DNA from: Candidatus Saccharimonadales bacterium
Lineage (GTDB): Bacteria > Patescibacteriota > Saccharimonadia > Saccharimonadales > UBA4665
Assembly: GCA_035545555.1 (NCBI GenBank)
Contig: DASZYD010000013.1
Location: 5,725 to 69,724 of the forward strand
Length of the DNA: 64,000 nt
Direction: 5' to 3'
Position numbers and translations under genes: made by a program
Shown here: in pieces, positions 21,080 to 31,722 of the stretch
Position numbering within the stretch: position 1 is the stretch's first letter
Layout of the letters: every line of letters begins with the position of its first letter
The notes under the pieces: model-generated
Databases searched by the model: none
What the model saw: only the letters and a program-made list of their open reading frames with translations
What the model was told of the DNA's origin: nothing

Positions 21080-22060
21080 TTACGCCATAGATTGCGGTGC
21101 GGCACCGATGTACTGGTAGCGACCGCGGAACTCCTCGAAATAGTATGCCAGACCGGGGATAAGCGTCGTCAGGCGCACCAGCTCGCCGTCTTTCTGCACC
21201 AGCGGATCGACAATCCGCGGCTTGCTGCGTCCGTAAAACTCCGCTTCGGCTTCGGCGGCGTACCGGAATTCATAACCCGGCCGCAGGCGCTCAAGACGCC
21301 TGTCTATCTGCGGATCGTGCGCGGCCTGCAGCTTTTGCCACACTTGCTCATCCGTCGCAAAAAAGTCTTCCTCGGCCAAACCGCCCGTTTCCCAGGCGGT
21401 TTTAATGGCACCCGCCAGGAGCTGGTAGGCGCCGTGCGACGTAGGGTCAAGCCATAACAAGCGGCAGAAGTTCAGGTACAAGATGGCGTAGAGGCTGGCA
21501 ATGCGCACATCCTCAAAATAGAACTGCTCGTGTTTTTCCTTCAGAGAGGTGAGAAAGAGTTTCACGGTCTGCCGCGGCAGCAGGCCAAAGCCGTAGCCGT
21601 CGCGCATGAAGTAATCCAACCGGTCAAACGAAATATCCGGCAGGTCGTTCTCCAACAGCGGAAATTGTTCTTTGTCGAGCACCTTGGCGATGTCGATGCG
21701 ATGCCGCCGGCAAATGTCCGGGATTTCCGACCGCATCACGACTTTTTCCAGGAACTGGTCGTGATAGGCCCAGCCGTCGCTCGGGATGACCGTATCAATG
21801 ACATGCGAGAATGCCGTGTGCGGCACATCGTGCAGCAGGCAGGCGATTTGCTCCTCAACCGGCCGCTTATAGTAGCGGGCCAGATACCATGCGCCGACGC
21901 TATGCTCAAACCGCGTGACATCACGGCTCGGATAGATGAAATGCGACGCCCCGTCCTGGGAGATATGTTTGAGGCGCTGGAGCGGTTTGGAGGCTATAAG
22001 CTCGGCAATGACCGGCTCGGTAACGGCAATGCGCCCGTATATCCTATCGCGTAGAACCAT
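21080..22060 (-). CDS. HD-domain phosphohydrolase (COG1078-like)
   Basis: Contains RFEHSVG and LLHDVPHTAFSH (HD motif). The start is set at the ATG at 22060, preceded by the strong RBS AAGGAGG; the track ORF starts 24 nt further upstream. Confidence 0.8.
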   Translation of the reverse strand: MVLRDRIYGRIAVTEPVIAELIASKPLQRLKHISQDGASHFIYPSRDVTRFEHSVGAWYLARYYKRPVEEQIACLLHDVPHTAFSHVIDTVIPSDGWAYHDQFLEKVVMRSEIPDICRRHRIDIAKVLDKEQFPLLENDLPDISFDRLDYFMRDGYGFGLLPRQTVKLFLTSLKEKHEQFYFEDVRIASLYAILYLNFCRLLWLDPTSHGAYQLLAGAIKTAWETGGLAEEDFFATDEQVWQKLQAAHDPQIDRRLERLRPGYEFRYAAEAEAEFYGRSKPRIVDPLVQKDGELVRLTTLIPGLAYYFEEFRGRYQYIGAAPQSMA

Positions 22061-22127
22061 CGGCCCCTCCTTCTCTCCTTGCAACTATACGGGCTGGCCC
22101 TCCAACACACAAGCAGCCAGGGAGATT

Positions 22128-24986
22128 TTACAATAGGTGCTTGAGATATTGGCCGGTGTACGAGGCCGGTACCTTGGCGACCTGCTCGGGCGTACCCTCG
22201 GCCACGACGGTGCCGCCGCCGCTGCCGCCCTCCGGGCCCATGTCGATCAGCCAGTCGGCGCTCTTGATGACATCGAGGTTATGCTCGATTACCACCACGC
22301 TGTTGCCGGTGTTTACTAAGGCATGGAGCAGACGCAAGAGTTTATCGACATCGGCCATATGCAGGCCGGTGGTCGGCTCGTCCAGAATGTAGAGCGTGCG
22401 GCCCGTGGCACGGCGCGAGAGTTCGCTGCTCAGCTTGATACGCTGGGCTTCGCCGCCGCTGAGGGTGGTGGCCGGTTGGCCAAGGCCGATATACCCCAGG
22501 CCGACATCCACCAGTGTCTGCAGTTTGTTACGGATGGCAGGCACGTTCTCGAAGAACTCCAGCGCCTGCTCGCACGTCATATCCAGTACATCGCTGATCG
22601 TTTTGTCTTTGTAGTGGATCTCCAGCGCCTCGCGGTTGTAGCGCTTGCCGTGGCAGACTTCGCACGGCACATACACATCCGGCAAAAAGTGCATTTCGAT
22701 CTTGATAATGCCGTCGCCCGAGCAGTTTTCACACCGCCCGCCCTTCACGTTAAAGCTGAAGCGCCCGGGCGAATAGCCGCGCACTTTGGCTTCGGGCGTC
22801 TGCGCAAACAGCTCGCGGATAGGCGTAAAGATGCCTGTGTAGGTCGCCGGGTTGCTGCGCGGCGTGCGGCCGATGGGTGACTGGTCGATGATAATCGCCT
22901 TGTCGAGCTCCTTGATACCCTCAATATCGTCATGCCGGCCGGCAACGGTGCTGGCGCGGTGCAGCCGGGCGAGGAGCTCTTTGGCAAGAATGTCGTTGAT
23001 GAGGCTTGATTTGCCCGACCCGCTCACGCCACTCACCACCACCAGCTTGCCCAGCGGGATGCGCACATCAATATTCCTGAGGTTATTCTCGCGTGCGCCG
23101 CGGATTACCAGCTCCTTGCCATTGCCCTTGCGGCGTGTTTTCGGCACCGCGATGGCCTTTTTGCCGGAGAGATATTGCGCGGTAATGCTTGCCGCCACGG
23201 TGGCGACCTCAGCAGGCGCGCCGGACGCGACCACGTTGCCGCCGTGTACGCCGGCACCGGGGCCGATGTCCAAAAGATAGTCGGCTGTGCGGATCGTTTC
23301 TTCGTCGTGCTCCACCACGATAACGCTATTCCCCAGATCGCGCAGGTGTTTGAGCGTAGCGATCAGCCGGCCGTTGTCACGCTGGTGCAGTCCAATGCTG
23401 GGCTCATCCAGCACGTACAGCACGCCCATCAGCCCGGAGCCGATCTGCGTCGCCAGACGGATGCGCTGGGCTTCGCCGCCGCTGAGGGTGGTGGCACTGC
23501 GCAGCAACGTCAGATAATTCAGCCCGACATCGACCAGGAACTGCAGTCGCGCGTTCACTTCTTTGAGAATCAGCCGGGCAATGCTTTGCTCTTTGTTGTT
23601 GAGTTTGAGACCGGCAAACCAGGCCAGTGCCGCATCGATGGACTCGTCGCAGACATCCATGATCGATTTGCCGCCGACCGTCACGGCCAGTACTTCCGGC
23701 TTGAGCCGCCGCCCCTTACAGGCGTAGCAAGGCCGTTCCACCATGAACTTTTCGATGTCCTGGCGCATAAACTCACTCTCGGTCTCGCGATGCCGGCGCT
23801 CCAGGTTCGGCACCACACCCTCGTAGGTCGTGCTGAACGACCGGCCGCCACCCAGCGGAATACGGTACGTGTCATCGCCGGTGCCGTACATAATCCGGTC
23901 GATGTCGACCGGCCTGAGTTCGCTGGTCGGCACCTGCAGGCTGAAGCCGTATCTATCCGCAACGGCCTGCAGCTTTTTCATATACCAGGCGTCGGCATTG
24001 AAGCGGTTGTAGGGACGGATGGCACCTTCGGCGATGGACAAGCGGCCATTCGGCATGACCAGTTCAGGGTCCACTTCCAGCCGTGAGCCAAGGCCCGTGC
24101 ACACCGGGCAGGCACCGTGCGGGCTGTTAAAACTGAAGGTACGCGGCTCCAGCTCCGGAATATGAATATCGGGGTGTTCCGGGCAGGCATACAGGAGGCT
24201 ATAGCTGAACTCTTCCTCGGTGTCGGCATTGATAACTTTGAGGTGTCCCTCGGCCACGTCCAGGGCCTGCTCCACCGATTGGCTGAGCCGTGACCGGCTT
24301 TCGTCGTTCTGCACCAGCCGGTCCACGACAATATCGATGTTATGGCGGTAATTCTTGTCGAGTGCGGGGAACTCGTCCAGCGCATACACCACGCCGTCCA
24401 CCCGGACGCGGCCAAAGCCGGCCCGCTGGTACTGGCCCGGGATATGCTCAAACGCGCCTTTCTTGTCCACCACGACCGGGGCAAGGATCATCAGCCGGGC
24501 ACCTGCCGGCATAGCGGCTACCTGGTCGATGATGCTGGCGGCAGTTTGGCGCGCCACGACCCGCCCGTCGATCGGACAGTGCGGGATGCCCACGCGTGCG
24601 AACAGCAAGCGCAGATAGTCGTAGATTTCGGTCACGGTGGCAACGGTGCTGCGCGGGTTGCGTGAGGTCGACTTCTGGTCGATGGAGATAGCCGGACTGA
24701 GCCCGTCAATCTGGTCCACGTCAGGTTTCTCCATGATGCCCAAAAATTGCCGCGCGTAGGAGCTGAGTGACTCTACATAGCGGCGCTGTCCTTCGGCGTA
24801 AATCGTATCAAAGGCCAGGCTAGACTTGCCCGACCCGGACAGGCCGGTAATGACTACCAGCTTGCCGCGCGGGATGGTCACATCAATGTTCTTAAGGTTG
24901 TGCTCCCGCGCACCCTTGACCACAATATTGTCATTCACAACGGGTATAGTATAGAGAAAACCGGGCGATCTTTCCAGACCGCCCAT
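22128..24986 (-). CDS. uvrA: excinuclease ABC subunit A
   Basis: Two ABC modules ([18 protein letters not shown]; LSGGEAQR twice) and zinc fingers (CPVCTGLG; CENCSGDG...CEVCHGKRY). The true start may be the GTG at 24938, which gives [18 protein letters not shown], the canonical UvrA N-terminus. Confidence 0.95.
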   Translation of the reverse strand: MGGLERSPGFLYTIPVVNDNIVVKGAREHNLKNIDVTIPRGKLVVITGLSGSGKSSLAFDTIYAEGQRRYVESLSSYARQFLGIMEKPDVDQIDGLSPAISIDQKSTSRNPRSTVATVTEIYDYLRLLFARVGIPHCPIDGRVVARQTAASIIDQVAAMPAGARLMILAPVVVDKKGAFEHIPGQYQRAGFGRVRVDGVVYALDEFPALDKNYRHNIDIVVDRLVQNDESRSRLSQSVEQALDVAEGHLKVINADTEEEFSYSLLYACPEHPDIHIPELEPRTFSFNSPHGACPVCTGLGSRLEVDPELVMPNGRLSIAEGAIRPYNRFNADAWYMKKLQAVADRYGFSLQVPTSELRPVDIDRIMYGTGDDTYRIPLGGGRSFSTTYEGVVPNLERRHRETESEFMRQDIEKFMVERPCYACKGRRLKPEVLAVTVGGKSIMDVCDESIDAALAWFAGLKLNNKEQSIARLILKEVNARLQFLVDVGLNYLTLLRSATTLSGGEAQRIRLATQIGSGLMGVLYVLDEPSIGLHQRDNGRLIATLKHLRDLGNSVIVVEHDEETIRTADYLLDIGPGAGVHGGNVVASGAPAEVATVAASITAQYLSGKKAIAVPKTRRKGNGKELVIRGARENNLRNIDVRIPLGKLVVVSGVSGSGKSSLINDILAKELLARLHRASTVAGRHDDIEGIKELDKAIIIDQSPIGRTPRSNPATYTGIFTPIRELFAQTPEAKVRGYSPGRFSFNVKGGRCENCSGDGIIKIEMHFLPDVYVPCEVCHGKRYNREALEIHYKDKTISDVLDMTCEQALEFFENVPAIRNKLQTLVDVGLGYIGLGQPATTLSGGEAQRIKLSSELSRRATGRTLYILDEPTTGLHMADVDKLLRLLHALVNTGNSVVVIEHNLDVIKSADWLIDMGPEGGSGGGTVVAEGTPEQVAKVPASYTGQYLKHLL

Positions 24987-25012
24987 GTGTCTGTGAGACG
25001 CTATGCCGGGCG

Positions 25013-27193
25013 TTAGAGCACTGGCGGCAGGCCGGTGATCGCCGCATAGCCGCCGCTCGGTTGCGCGGCACCGCGAGGTAGCCAGAGCTCCGGCGTGTAG
25101 TTAAAAACCTCGGCCGCATGGCTTGAACCGGGGGTCGTATCGGTTGTCTTGGCCTGCCCGACCGATCCATAGGTGCGCAGGAACTGGACCTGGGTAGCCG
25201 CGAAGGCGCCATTGACCAACAATTGTTTGTTGCAATCGGTGTAGTAGTTGGCAGTCGTTGGCGTATAGGGCTTATATTGTGCCCCCTGGAGGTACGAACA
25301 CGTGTAGATGCGGCCGCCGGTGCCGCCATCTGCCGCGGCCACGTAGAGGCCATCCAATTGCGTGACGCCGGCGCCGACGTAAATGTTACCGCCGATTACC
25401 ACCAGCCGGTACGAGGGGATGCTTGCCGGGCTGCTCCAGCCGCCGGTGCCCTGGTAGGTGATATTGCCGTTAATGTACACGTCCGCACCTTTGACGTACT
25501 GCACGACGTGGCTGTTAGTGGCGACTGTCGTACCGGGAATGAGCGTGTCGGTCTGTACCGGCGCTGTTGTAATGCCGCTGGTGAAATCGCAGTCAGCACT
25601 CACAGCACCCATATCGCCGCCGAATAAACCTCCGGCTGTATCAACGGCAGTAGTATTGGCAAATGACAGGCCTGCCGGTACGGGGCTGTTGCTGTTCTGG
25701 GCGCTCGCGAAATCTTCGATCTGCGCCAATGCCTGCACGGCATACTGTGTGCCGGCGCCGGAGAAGTCGGTGGTGTGATTATTCCAGCTATAGACGCCGG
25801 CATTGGGGTTGGTGGGTGCAGTACTGCCGGCGCACGCATAGGCCGGGCCGCCGCCCGCCTCGACATCGCCGCCATAGACCTGCAAGTACGGCAGGTCGAC
25901 CACCGAGAAAGTAATAGGGCCACCGGTCGCGCCGGGACAGGTAATGGTGACGTTCGCGGCAGTCAACTTCCATGTTACGGTATAGACGCCCGCTTTTCCG
26001 GTGGGCCCCAGGTTACTGAACGTCGCTGTTGAGGTACCGCCGCTGCCGCCGGCCGCCTGCGAACCACTATAGCTGTAGGTAGCACCACTCGGCGGTGTAA
26101 TTGTCAGGCTCATGGTCGCGCCCGGCGGCGTCTGGCCGACACTGTTGGTCACGCTCACCTGCACCGAAAACTTCGTATACGGGTCAAGCCTGGCCGGCGT
26201 AACGGTCATCCCGCCGCAGCCCAAGCTCACGCACGAGTTCGGCGTATTGGCGTTTGCGACATTGACATACTGCTGCGTACCGACCGTTCCCGTATCCTTC
26301 ACCCAGAGGGCCACCCCCTGGGGCCCATAGGGATTGGTGGCTGAGCGCGGGATGTCGATGCGGTGCGAGCCGCCCGACGCCACCGTGCCCGATTGCCAAC
26401 TGCCGGTTTTGATATATCCGTTGGTCGATGCGTCCGGGTCGCTCACCGTGACGGTGGCATATTCCGTCCAGGTGGTGGTGTCACAGCTGAGCGTAATGGT
26501 ACCGGAGGGATTGCGGTCGATGGGAATGGTACTCAGGCTTGACTCAACGTTGCCGCAGCCTCGGCCGATGATGAACTTGCTGCCGCCGTTATTCCAATAG
26601 AACGTAATGACCGGCGTACCGAAGGTATAGCCATACGGACAGATAGTCATGTGGAAGACATCATCACTGATAGTCGGCGCGTAGGCGCTGTTAACCTGGC
26701 CGCAGAAGGTGTTGTAGTCCGGCATCGAGCTCCAGTTGACGCCGTAGCCAGGACCACCGGCGGCGTAGTGGTTGACCAGATTCTGCCAGGTGCCAAAGTT
26801 GTTCTTGGCATAGTTGACGCCGGCGTTGACGCCGCCGCTGCTTTTGAAGGTGGTGTGGCCAAGCATGGTGTCGATGATGAACGCCGCGCCGATCCGGCTC
26901 TGGTAATTGCCGGAGTTGAGATAACCGCTGATAATACTCTCGAAACTGCCGGGACCCGTCACATTATTGAGCGCCGGTGCCGGAAAGACATTCAGCAGAT
27001 TGTCACCGCCAGTGCCGGTAATTGACGGTACGCCGTTCGCGCCCGAGAAATAGCCGTAGCATGAGGTCGTGCCGAACTCATTCGGCGCATTGCAGGGAAA
27101 CGCCGCTGCACTCACCCGCTGATGCTGGAAAAAGAGTCCGATGCAGCCCGCGACGACTGCCACCAGTAGACCAAAGAGTACCTTCTTGCTCAT
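25013..27193 (-). CDS. large secreted Gly/Thr/Ser-rich protein, unknown function
   Basis: 726 aa with the signal peptide [22 protein letters not shown]...VSAAA, many Cys pairs and a beta-rich composition. The start overlaps the stop of the upstream TPR gene (ATGA). Confidence 0.6.
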   Translation of the reverse strand: MSKKVLFGLLVAVVAGCIGLFFQHQRVSAAAFPCNAPNEFGTTSCYGYFSGANGVPSITGTGGDNLLNVFPAPALNNVTGPGSFESIISGYLNSGNYQSRIGAAFIIDTMLGHTTFKSSGGVNAGVNYAKNNFGTWQNLVNHYAAGGPGYGVNWSSMPDYNTFCGQVNSAYAPTISDDVFHMTICPYGYTFGTPVITFYWNNGGSKFIIGRGCGNVESSLSTIPIDRNPSGTITLSCDTTTWTEYATVTVSDPDASTNGYIKTGSWQSGTVASGGSHRIDIPRSATNPYGPQGVALWVKDTGTVGTQQYVNVANANTPNSCVSLGCGGMTVTPARLDPYTKFSVQVSVTNSVGQTPPGATMSLTITPPSGATYSYSGSQAAGGSGGTSTATFSNLGPTGKAGVYTVTWKLTAANVTITCPGATGGPITFSVVDLPYLQVYGGDVEAGGGPAYACAGSTAPTNPNAGVYSWNNHTTDFSGAGTQYAVQALAQIEDFASAQNSNSPVPAGLSFANTTAVDTAGGLFGGDMGAVSADCDFTSGITTAPVQTDTLIPGTTVATNSHVVQYVKGADVYINGNITYQGTGGWSSPASIPSYRLVVIGGNIYVGAGVTQLDGLYVAAADGGTGGRIYTCSYLQGAQYKPYTPTTANYYTDCNKQLLVNGAFAATQVQFLRTYGSVGQAKTTDTTPGSSHAAEVFNYTPELWLPRGAAQPSGGYAAITGLPPVL

Positions 27194-27765
27194 GCACCGC
27201 CCTCCGCCTGCAGTTCCTGAATCGCCTCCTGGTAGCGCCCGATCTGGTTGTGCAGTGTCGGATCGGATGATTGCTGCAACAGGGTTACGAGTTGCTGCAG
27301 CGTGCTGACCGCCTGACCGGTCTGTTTATTCGCTATGTAGGCGCTGGCCAGCTGGCCTAAAACGGTAATCTGCGAGGAGTTGTCTGCGGCAATCGCGCTC
27401 TGGTAAGCGGTAATCGCTTTATCCGGCTGCTGGTTGTTGTAGTAGGCGGCACCCAGATTGGCGTAGGCAACCGACTTTTGCTGTGCTGTGGTGGCCTGTC
27501 TGAGCGCTGCTTGCGCGTCGGCGAGGTTTTGCGCCGGATTCTGGAAAGAGCTGTTCGGGTGTTGCGAGGCCGTGTTTCCCGAATGTGAGGGCTTCGGCGC
27601 GTGCACATGCTCGATGTAGAAAAAGCCGCCGGTGCCGAGAGCGATAACCACTACCGTAGCGCCCGCAAACAGCCACCGCCGGGACAGGCGTGGGCGCACG
27701 GCCCGCACTGCATCGCTGGTCACTACACCAGTAGTCTTGGGCGCAGGCTGTGCAGACAGGCTCAT
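27190..27765 (-). CDS. TM-anchored TPR-repeat protein
   Basis: The start is trimmed to the ATG at 27765 (MSLSAQPAPK...). It has the TM segment WLFAGATVVVIALGTGGFFY and TPR-like repeats (AYANLGAAYYNNQQPDKAITAYQSAIAAD...LASAYIANKQTGQAV). Confidence 0.65.
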   Translation of the reverse strand: MSLSAQPAPKTTGVVTSDAVRAVRPRLSRRWLFAGATVVVIALGTGGFFYIEHVHAPKPSHSGNTASQHPNSSFQNPAQNLADAQAALRQATTAQQKSVAYANLGAAYYNNQQPDKAITAYQSAIAADNSSQITVLGQLASAYIANKQTGQAVSTLQQLVTLLQQSSDPTLHNQIGRYQEAIQELQAEGGA

Positions 27766-27916
27766 GTCATTCACAGTATAGCAAAAGCACAAACGGTACC
27801 GCCAACCACAACTCCAAAATGTGATGCTTATGCATATAAATATAGTTGCACTATGCACAACTAAGAGATATAGTGATACTAAAATAATAGAGGCGGCAGC
27901 AGTGCTGACATTTATC

Positions 27917-28138
27917 ATGCTGGGGCTGGTTCCGGGCACGGACGTTCAGATCAGTTTTGCAGACTGGGAACTGCTGATGGCTGGCCTGGTGCTTGTCTCT
28001 CTACTCTATGTTGCCTACAAGAAGCAGGCCGGCAAACTCCGTCTGCGCCTATCCCGCCTGGCAGCGCTTGGCGCGGTACCACAGCCTGCAGCCGAACGCC
28101 CCCGGCAACGCCGCCGGCTTACGCAGCACTTGGCATAA
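27917..28138 (+). CDS. possible small membrane protein (73 aa)
   Basis: MLGLVPGTDVQISFADWELLMAGLVLVSLLYVAYKK..., one TM helix plus a basic tail. Codon usage looks GC3-rich like real genes, but it has no homology anchor and its 3' end overlaps sbcB. Confidence 0.3.
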   Translation: MLGLVPGTDVQISFADWELLMAGLVLVSLLYVAYKKQAGKLRLRLSRLAALGAVPQPAAERPRQRRRLTQHLA

Positions 28139-29561
28139 GCGACTCGCCATACAGGCGCAGTTCTTCGAGCAGATACCGCTGCCTGCCCGTCGTTGACGGC
28201 AGCGCGGCCAAGGTCTGCAGGCGTGCAAAATAGCTTGCCAGGCGGCTTTTCTGGCCACCATCGAACAGCCGGTGCGCGCAGAAAGCTTCCCAGGCGCTAC
28301 GCTCATCACTCGTCAGGTGCTCCGGATAGTTTCGCGCTTTATAGAGCGGCAGGAGTGCCGCCAGCCGTTGATCGGTAAAGCGTACCAATGAGGCGCCAAG
28401 CTCATCCGGTGCCGCCGCCAGCACCGTTTCCAATCTGGCGCGGTCCTGATCACCCACAAAGCCGTCGTAGAGTTGCGCGTCCACTGTCTGCTCATCAGTG
28501 ACCAGCGCCGTCTGCTGGTCGCGCGTAAGCGACGCCAACGCCTCAGTGACCCGCTCGGCGAAATCGGTGAGCTTACGTAGCTCCGTACGGTTTGCTTCGA
28601 TACCGTCCATGTCGAGCTTGAGGCGCGTACGGCTCGCGGCATCCAGCACGCTCAGGGGCGCCACCGCCGGGCACTTGTTGTACCGTAGCGTCTTTACCGG
28701 CAGGGCCGGTTCGTCGGCCGGGCGGTCTTTGCGCCAGCGCAGGCGCTCGGCCAGCTGCTTGACCGACAGCTTGGCAAACGGCGCCGGATCGAAGCGCAAG
28801 TCATACACGACGGCGCCGCCGTTCTGGCTTGCCTCGGCAAGCATCACGGCTACGGTCGTCTTTTCGAACTCGCCGGGGTACTTGCCCGAGGTGTAGACAA
28901 ACGGCTGACGCGTTTGCACCAGGGCGGCTACGTTGCGTTTGTCGCGCATGTCCAGGAGAAATTGGAAAAGCTTCGGCTGCTTGGTCTTGATAAGTTTGGC
29001 AACAGCGATGGTCGCCTGCACGTCGCTGAGCGCATCATGGGCATTCTCGTGGTCCAGTCCGTTCACGGACGTCAGCAGCTCCAGCCGGTTGGTGGCCGCG
29101 CCGTCCGAAGCAAACGGCCAAGTAATACCTTCCGGCCGGAGCGCCCGCGTCATTCGCACGACGTCAAGCAGATCCCAGCGCGAACAGTTATCACACCATT
29201 GCCAGCGGTACGCATCGTAGAAATTGCGGTACTGCAAAAAGCGCATAAACTCATCATCGAACCGTACCGAGTTGTACCCCAAGAAGATGGTACCCGGTAC
29301 GCAGATATCGGTATAAAAACGCTTGAGAAACGCCGCTTCGGTTATACCGTCTGCCAGCGTCATCTGCGGCGTGATGCCGGTGACCAGCACGGCATCCGGG
29401 TCGGGCAAGACGTCGGGCGTCAGCTTGATCAGCTGATTGACCGGCTCGCCGACAGGCTTGAGGTCCATATCGGTACGCTGGCCGGCGAACTGCATAATGC
29501 GAGCGGCGCGAGGATCGATGCCGCTCGTTTCCAGATCATAAAAGAAAAAACTGGCGGCCAT
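28119..29561 (-). CDS. sbcB: exodeoxyribonuclease I
   Basis: FFFYDLETSGIDPRAARIMQFAG (Exo I motif) with DEDDh residues (HDALSDV). The 480-aa length and C-terminal SH3-like/helical domains are typical of SbcB. Confidence 0.88.
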   Translation of the reverse strand: MAASFFFYDLETSGIDPRAARIMQFAGQRTDMDLKPVGEPVNQLIKLTPDVLPDPDAVLVTGITPQMTLADGITEAAFLKRFYTDICVPGTIFLGYNSVRFDDEFMRFLQYRNFYDAYRWQWCDNCSRWDLLDVVRMTRALRPEGITWPFASDGAATNRLELLTSVNGLDHENAHDALSDVQATIAVAKLIKTKQPKLFQFLLDMRDKRNVAALVQTRQPFVYTSGKYPGEFEKTTVAVMLAEASQNGGAVVYDLRFDPAPFAKLSVKQLAERLRWRKDRPADEPALPVKTLRYNKCPAVAPLSVLDAASRTRLKLDMDGIEANRTELRKLTDFAERVTEALASLTRDQQTALVTDEQTVDAQLYDGFVGDQDRARLETVLAAAPDELGASLVRFTDQRLAALLPLYKARNYPEHLTSDERSAWEAFCAHRLFDGGQKSRLASYFARLQTLAALPSTTGRQRYLLEELRLYGESLMPSAA

Positions 29562-29603
29562 GTGTCTCAGTGTAACACAGGGGGTGACTGCCCGCAGGAC
29601 GCA

Positions 29604-30362
29604 TTATTGGCCGGTCGTCGCAGCTTCCAGCAGCGCTAAGCGCGACAGGCTCTGAGCGGCTGGGGCCTGGGACGTTTCGGGCCTCGTATCGGGACCGCCA
29701 GCTAGCATGAGCGGCACCGTATCCACCAAACACAGACGATCTTCGGCATCAAAGCCCAGGTTGCCGTCACCGGCCAGATCAGGTACAAAGCGTTTCTCAT
29801 CCACCATTGCACGGGCACCAGCACAGAAATCCCGGAGTTGCCCCATTGCCATTGGGGATAGTGACTCCAGCCGCTTCAGGTCGACTCCGTGCAAGCCGGC
29901 CACAAAAGGCTGCCGGGCCATGATAACCTGGACATCAGGCCGCAATGGGTGCGGTTCAATACTAAAGCGCTGCGTAAGGGCAAATGAACCGATATATTGC
30001 CGGACCAGCTCCTGGCCGGCGGCCATAGCTTTGACCACTGTCTCGTTTTGCTGCCTGTCCTGGTGTGCACTGTTGCGGTGGATCTTCAATACTTCGTCAT
30101 CCTGCCGCACAACCGTTGAGAAATAGCCGCTTCCAAACAGGTGCATGCCATGGCGCTCATAGGGCACTGCTGCAGCGCGCCGGGCTATAGTTGCCAGGGG
30201 TTCGTTTGTAGCCAGCTCGACAGCCATCATTGCCAGTTTATTCAGTGATGGGGACAGTTCGCGGTTCTGCCTTACAAACTCCTGTCGCAGTGGCGAATCC
30301 GGTCCGCAGAACAGCTGCTCGTAGAACTTATTGACAAGGTGGTCACGATGCCTCACCTTCAT
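29604..30362 (-). CDS. hypothetical protein with protein-kinase-like / phosphotransferase-like motif grammar
   Basis: Carries FGSGYFSTVV...VLKIHR (Gly-loop plus Lys-like) and PDLAGDGNLGF...LCLVDT (catalytic-loop and DxG-like). This is weak, motif-level evidence only. Confidence 0.4.
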   Translation of the reverse strand: MKVRHRDHLVNKFYEQLFCGPDSPLRQEFVRQNRELSPSLNKLAMMAVELATNEPLATIARRAAAVPYERHGMHLFGSGYFSTVVRQDDEVLKIHRNSAHQDRQQNETVVKAMAAGQELVRQYIGSFALTQRFSIEPHPLRPDVQVIMARQPFVAGLHGVDLKRLESLSPMAMGQLRDFCAGARAMVDEKRFVPDLAGDGNLGFDAEDRLCLVDTVPLMLAGGPDTRPETSQAPAAQSLSRLALLEAATTGQ

Positions 30363-30415
30363 GCCTATACTATAACATAGATGTACTACGTACGCAAGTT
30401 GGCACCTCGTCCAAG

Positions 30416-31690
30416 CTAATAGACAAAGCTGCCGCGGCCGATGTGGACGCGCTGGCCGGGCAGGATGCCCTGGCGCTGCAGCTCGTGCAGCACGCCGTGG
30501 CGCTGGAGGATATCGCGCAGGCGCCGCAGCGCCTCTTCGTTGCCAAAGTCGGTGCGGGCAGCAAAGTGCTCCAGCTTGGTGCCGCGCACGACAAATGCAT
30601 CATCGTGCCGTTCGACCGTCCAGGCGTCAGCCGTCTCGGCCAGGCTATGCACCGGCACCGCCTCGCGTGGAAGAGCTTCTGCTGCTGCGGCCTGGCGCGC
30701 CTCGGCAACCGCCTCCTTGACGGCGAACAGTAGTTCACGCAGGCCCGTGCCGGCTTGCGCCGAAACGGCATAGAGCGGCGTGCCGTGCGGCACGGCCTGG
30801 TGCAGCCGGGCAAGCAGATCATCGACGATTTCCTCATCCAGCCCCTCGGTTTTGTTCAGCGCAACGATGACCGGACGCTCTGCTAACCGTTTGTCGTACT
30901 TCCGCAGTTCGCCAGTAACCGTATGGTACGCCGCGACTACATCGTCCTGGTAGGCGTCGATCATGTGCAGCAGTACCGCCGTGCGTTCGATGTGGCGCAG
31001 AAACTCATGGCCCAGACCCTTACCTTCGCTGGCACCTTCGATCAATCCCGGGATGTCGGCAAACAGCAGGCTGGTGTCCTGATCGATATCCACCATGCCG
31101 AGATTGGGCGTCAGGGTCGTAAACGGATAATCGGCGATTTCCGGCCGGGCGTTGCTGATACGCGCGAGGAGCGTGGACTTACCGGCGTTCGGCAGGCCCA
31201 CCAGACCGACATCGGCGATCATTTTCAGTTCCAGCTTGAGTTCGTAGGCCTCGCCCGGTTCGCCTTTTTCGGCGAATTTCGGCGCCTGCCGCGTGCTGTT
31301 CACAAAGTGCGCATTGCCAAAGCCGCCACGGCCGCCGTGGGCGATAATCGCCCGCTGCCCGTCGTTTGTCAGGTCTGCCAGCTGCCGCCCATCATCAGTG
31401 GTGACAACCGTGCCGACCGGCACATCCACCAGCAAATCGTCGCCGTTTTTGCCGTGCATGCGCTTCTTGTCGCCGGGCACACCGGCTGCGGCACGCAGCT
31501 CTTTTTGGAAGCGGAACCGCGCCAGGGTATTTTGGTTGCGGCTGGCCACAAAAATCACATTGCCGCCACGGCCGCCGTCGCCGCCGTCCGGCCCGCCCTT
31601 GGCAACGAACTTCTCATGGCGGAAGCTGACCCGGCCGTTACCGCCGTCCCCGGCAGCCACCGTCACCGCAACCGTATCGATAAAATGCAT
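30416..31690 (-). CDS. obg: GTPase Obg/CgtA
   Basis: The start is trimmed to MHFIDTVAVTVAAGDGGNGRVSFRHEKF (Obg fold). It has G1 GLPNAGKST, DIPGLIEGA, NKTE and a C-terminal OCT-like domain. Confidence 0.93.
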   Translation of the reverse strand: MHFIDTVAVTVAAGDGGNGRVSFRHEKFVAKGGPDGGDGGRGGNVIFVASRNQNTLARFRFQKELRAAAGVPGDKKRMHGKNGDDLLVDVPVGTVVTTDDGRQLADLTNDGQRAIIAHGGRGGFGNAHFVNSTRQAPKFAEKGEPGEAYELKLELKMIADVGLVGLPNAGKSTLLARISNARPEIADYPFTTLTPNLGMVDIDQDTSLLFADIPGLIEGASEGKGLGHEFLRHIERTAVLLHMIDAYQDDVVAAYHTVTGELRKYDKRLAERPVIVALNKTEGLDEEIVDDLLARLHQAVPHGTPLYAVSAQAGTGLRELLFAVKEAVAEARQAAAAEALPREAVPVHSLAETADAWTVERHDDAFVVRGTKLEHFAARTDFGNEEALRRLRDILQRHGVLHELQRQGILPGQRVHIGRGSFVY

Positions 31691-31722
31691 AGCTGTAGTA
31701 TACCTTGCCAGCGGGTATTGCC

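Noticed and set aside
23175-24086. 303-aa plus-strand ORF, and similar ORFs at 22323..22880, 5710..6492, 36877..37689, 39302..40102, 40492..41262, 30923..31741 and 55201..55908
   Set aside because: All are antisense to minus-strand genes with unambiguous family motifs (uvrA, FAD oxidase, ftsA-like, alaS, mnmA, obg, b-like subunit). None has a recognisable motif or an RBS.
25013-27193. Considered calling the 726-aa secreted protein part of the paralogous surface-protein family at 43-49 kb
   Set aside because: It lacks the FC.NDP N-module and the terminal P-G-x-Y...T-F C-module. Only the composition (G/T/S-rich) is similar.
27821-27916. Upstream extension (MMLMHINIVALCTTKRY...) of the small plus-strand ORF
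   Set aside because: This part lies in the AT-rich promoter-like spacer and has atypical codon usage. Only the portion from ATG 27917 looks potentially coding, and even that is low confidence.
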